Assembly (NCBI GenBank): GCA_045591405.1
Contig: JAZNST010000051.1
Coordinates: 15,571-79,570, forward strand
Direction: 5' to 3'
From: Ruminiclostridium sp.
GTDB taxonomy: Bacteria > Bacillota > Clostridia > Oscillospirales > Ruminococcaceae
Length of the DNA: 64,000 nucleotides
Each line of letters opens with the position of its first letter. The first letter of the stretch is position 1. The notes under the pieces were generated by a model, which had not been told where the DNA came from, searched no databases, and was given only the letters and a program-made list of their open reading frames with translations. Of this stretch, positions 63,752 to 64,000 are shown piece by piece. The position numbers and the translations under genes are program-made.

Positions 63752-64000
63752 TGCACCTCTCGATTGTGTCGGCGATTTCCATTGTCATCTGTCGGAGTTT
63801 TTCAATATCTCCGCCGTTTTCAATATGAAAATCAGATTTTTCTATATAAAATTGCTTGTCAAACTGTGACGAGAGACGGGAGATTGCTTGCTCGTGAGTA
63901 ATTCCGTCACGATTCATTATTCTTTCAGCAAGAGTCTCCCTGTCTGCTATAACGCTTACGATTATATCGCATATATCGTCAATTTTACTTTCAAAAAGCG
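63744..64000 (-). CDS. coaE: Dephospho-CoA kinase, C-terminal ~85 codons; the N-terminus lies beyond the right window edge
   Basis: Absent from the ORF track because it is open at the window edge. Reverse translation gives ...VSVIADRETLAERIMNRDGITHEQAISRLSSQFDKQFYIEKSDFHIENGGDIEKL..., typical of the CoaE C-terminus. The stop TAA is at 63744-63746. Confidence 0.75.
   Translation of the reverse strand, partial: LFESKIDDICDIIVSVIADRETLAERIMNRDGITHEQAISRLSSQFDKQFYIEKSDFHIENGGDIEKLRQMTMEIADTIERCND

Overview
This is a dense chromosomal segment with about 65 protein genes, 3 tRNA genes and no rRNA. Gene content points to an endospore-forming Firmicute, most likely a member of the Clostridia: spoIIGA-sigE-sigG, yqfC-yqfD, yabP-yabQ-divIC, bofA, yunB, cotH and tepA-ylzJ-ftsK/spoIIIE are all present. 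Three blocks are syntenic with well-known Bacillus subtilis neighbourhoods: yqfCD-phoH-ybeY-dgkA-era-recO (1.8-6.8 kb), spoIIIE-ylzJ-tepA (18.4-23.1 kb), and yabM-mazG-hup-yabO-yabP-yabQ-divIC next to spoIIGA-sigE-sigG (32.3-39.2 kb). Other content includes the aromatic operon aroF-aroB-aroA-aroC (10.9-15.2 kb) and tyrA, a Y-family polymerase with a YolD-like gene beside tRNA-Leu, a TetR-headed ABC-2 transporter operon, a MarR-headed heterodimeric ABC exporter, proS, ackA, tmcAL, ligA, a murD-like gene and a CotH-family protein. Two genes cut by the window edges (mutS2 at the left, coaE at the right) are missing from the ORF track. I recognised no transposase, integrase, phage, CRISPR, toxin-antitoxin or known defence genes, so most of the window is ordinary core genome. 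Four observations deserve a second look. (1) An unannotated 39-codon Phe/Tyr-rich leader ORF plus terminator lies upstream of the aro operon and may be a ribosome-mediated attenuator, which would be unusual for a Firmicute. (2) A self-contained five-gene DRTGG / SpoIIAB-like ATPase / [FeFe]-hydrogenase-like Fe-S protein / DRTGG / PHP cluster sits with no hydrogenase structural genes nearby. (3) A PP-loop protein is translationally coupled to a murD paralogue outside any dcw context, a candidate MurL-MurD2 L-Glu route to peptidoglycan. (4) A two-gene module of unknown function lies between proS and ackA. All functional calls rest on my own reading of the translated ORFs (motifs, remembered family features, synteny). 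No database search or folding computation was run.
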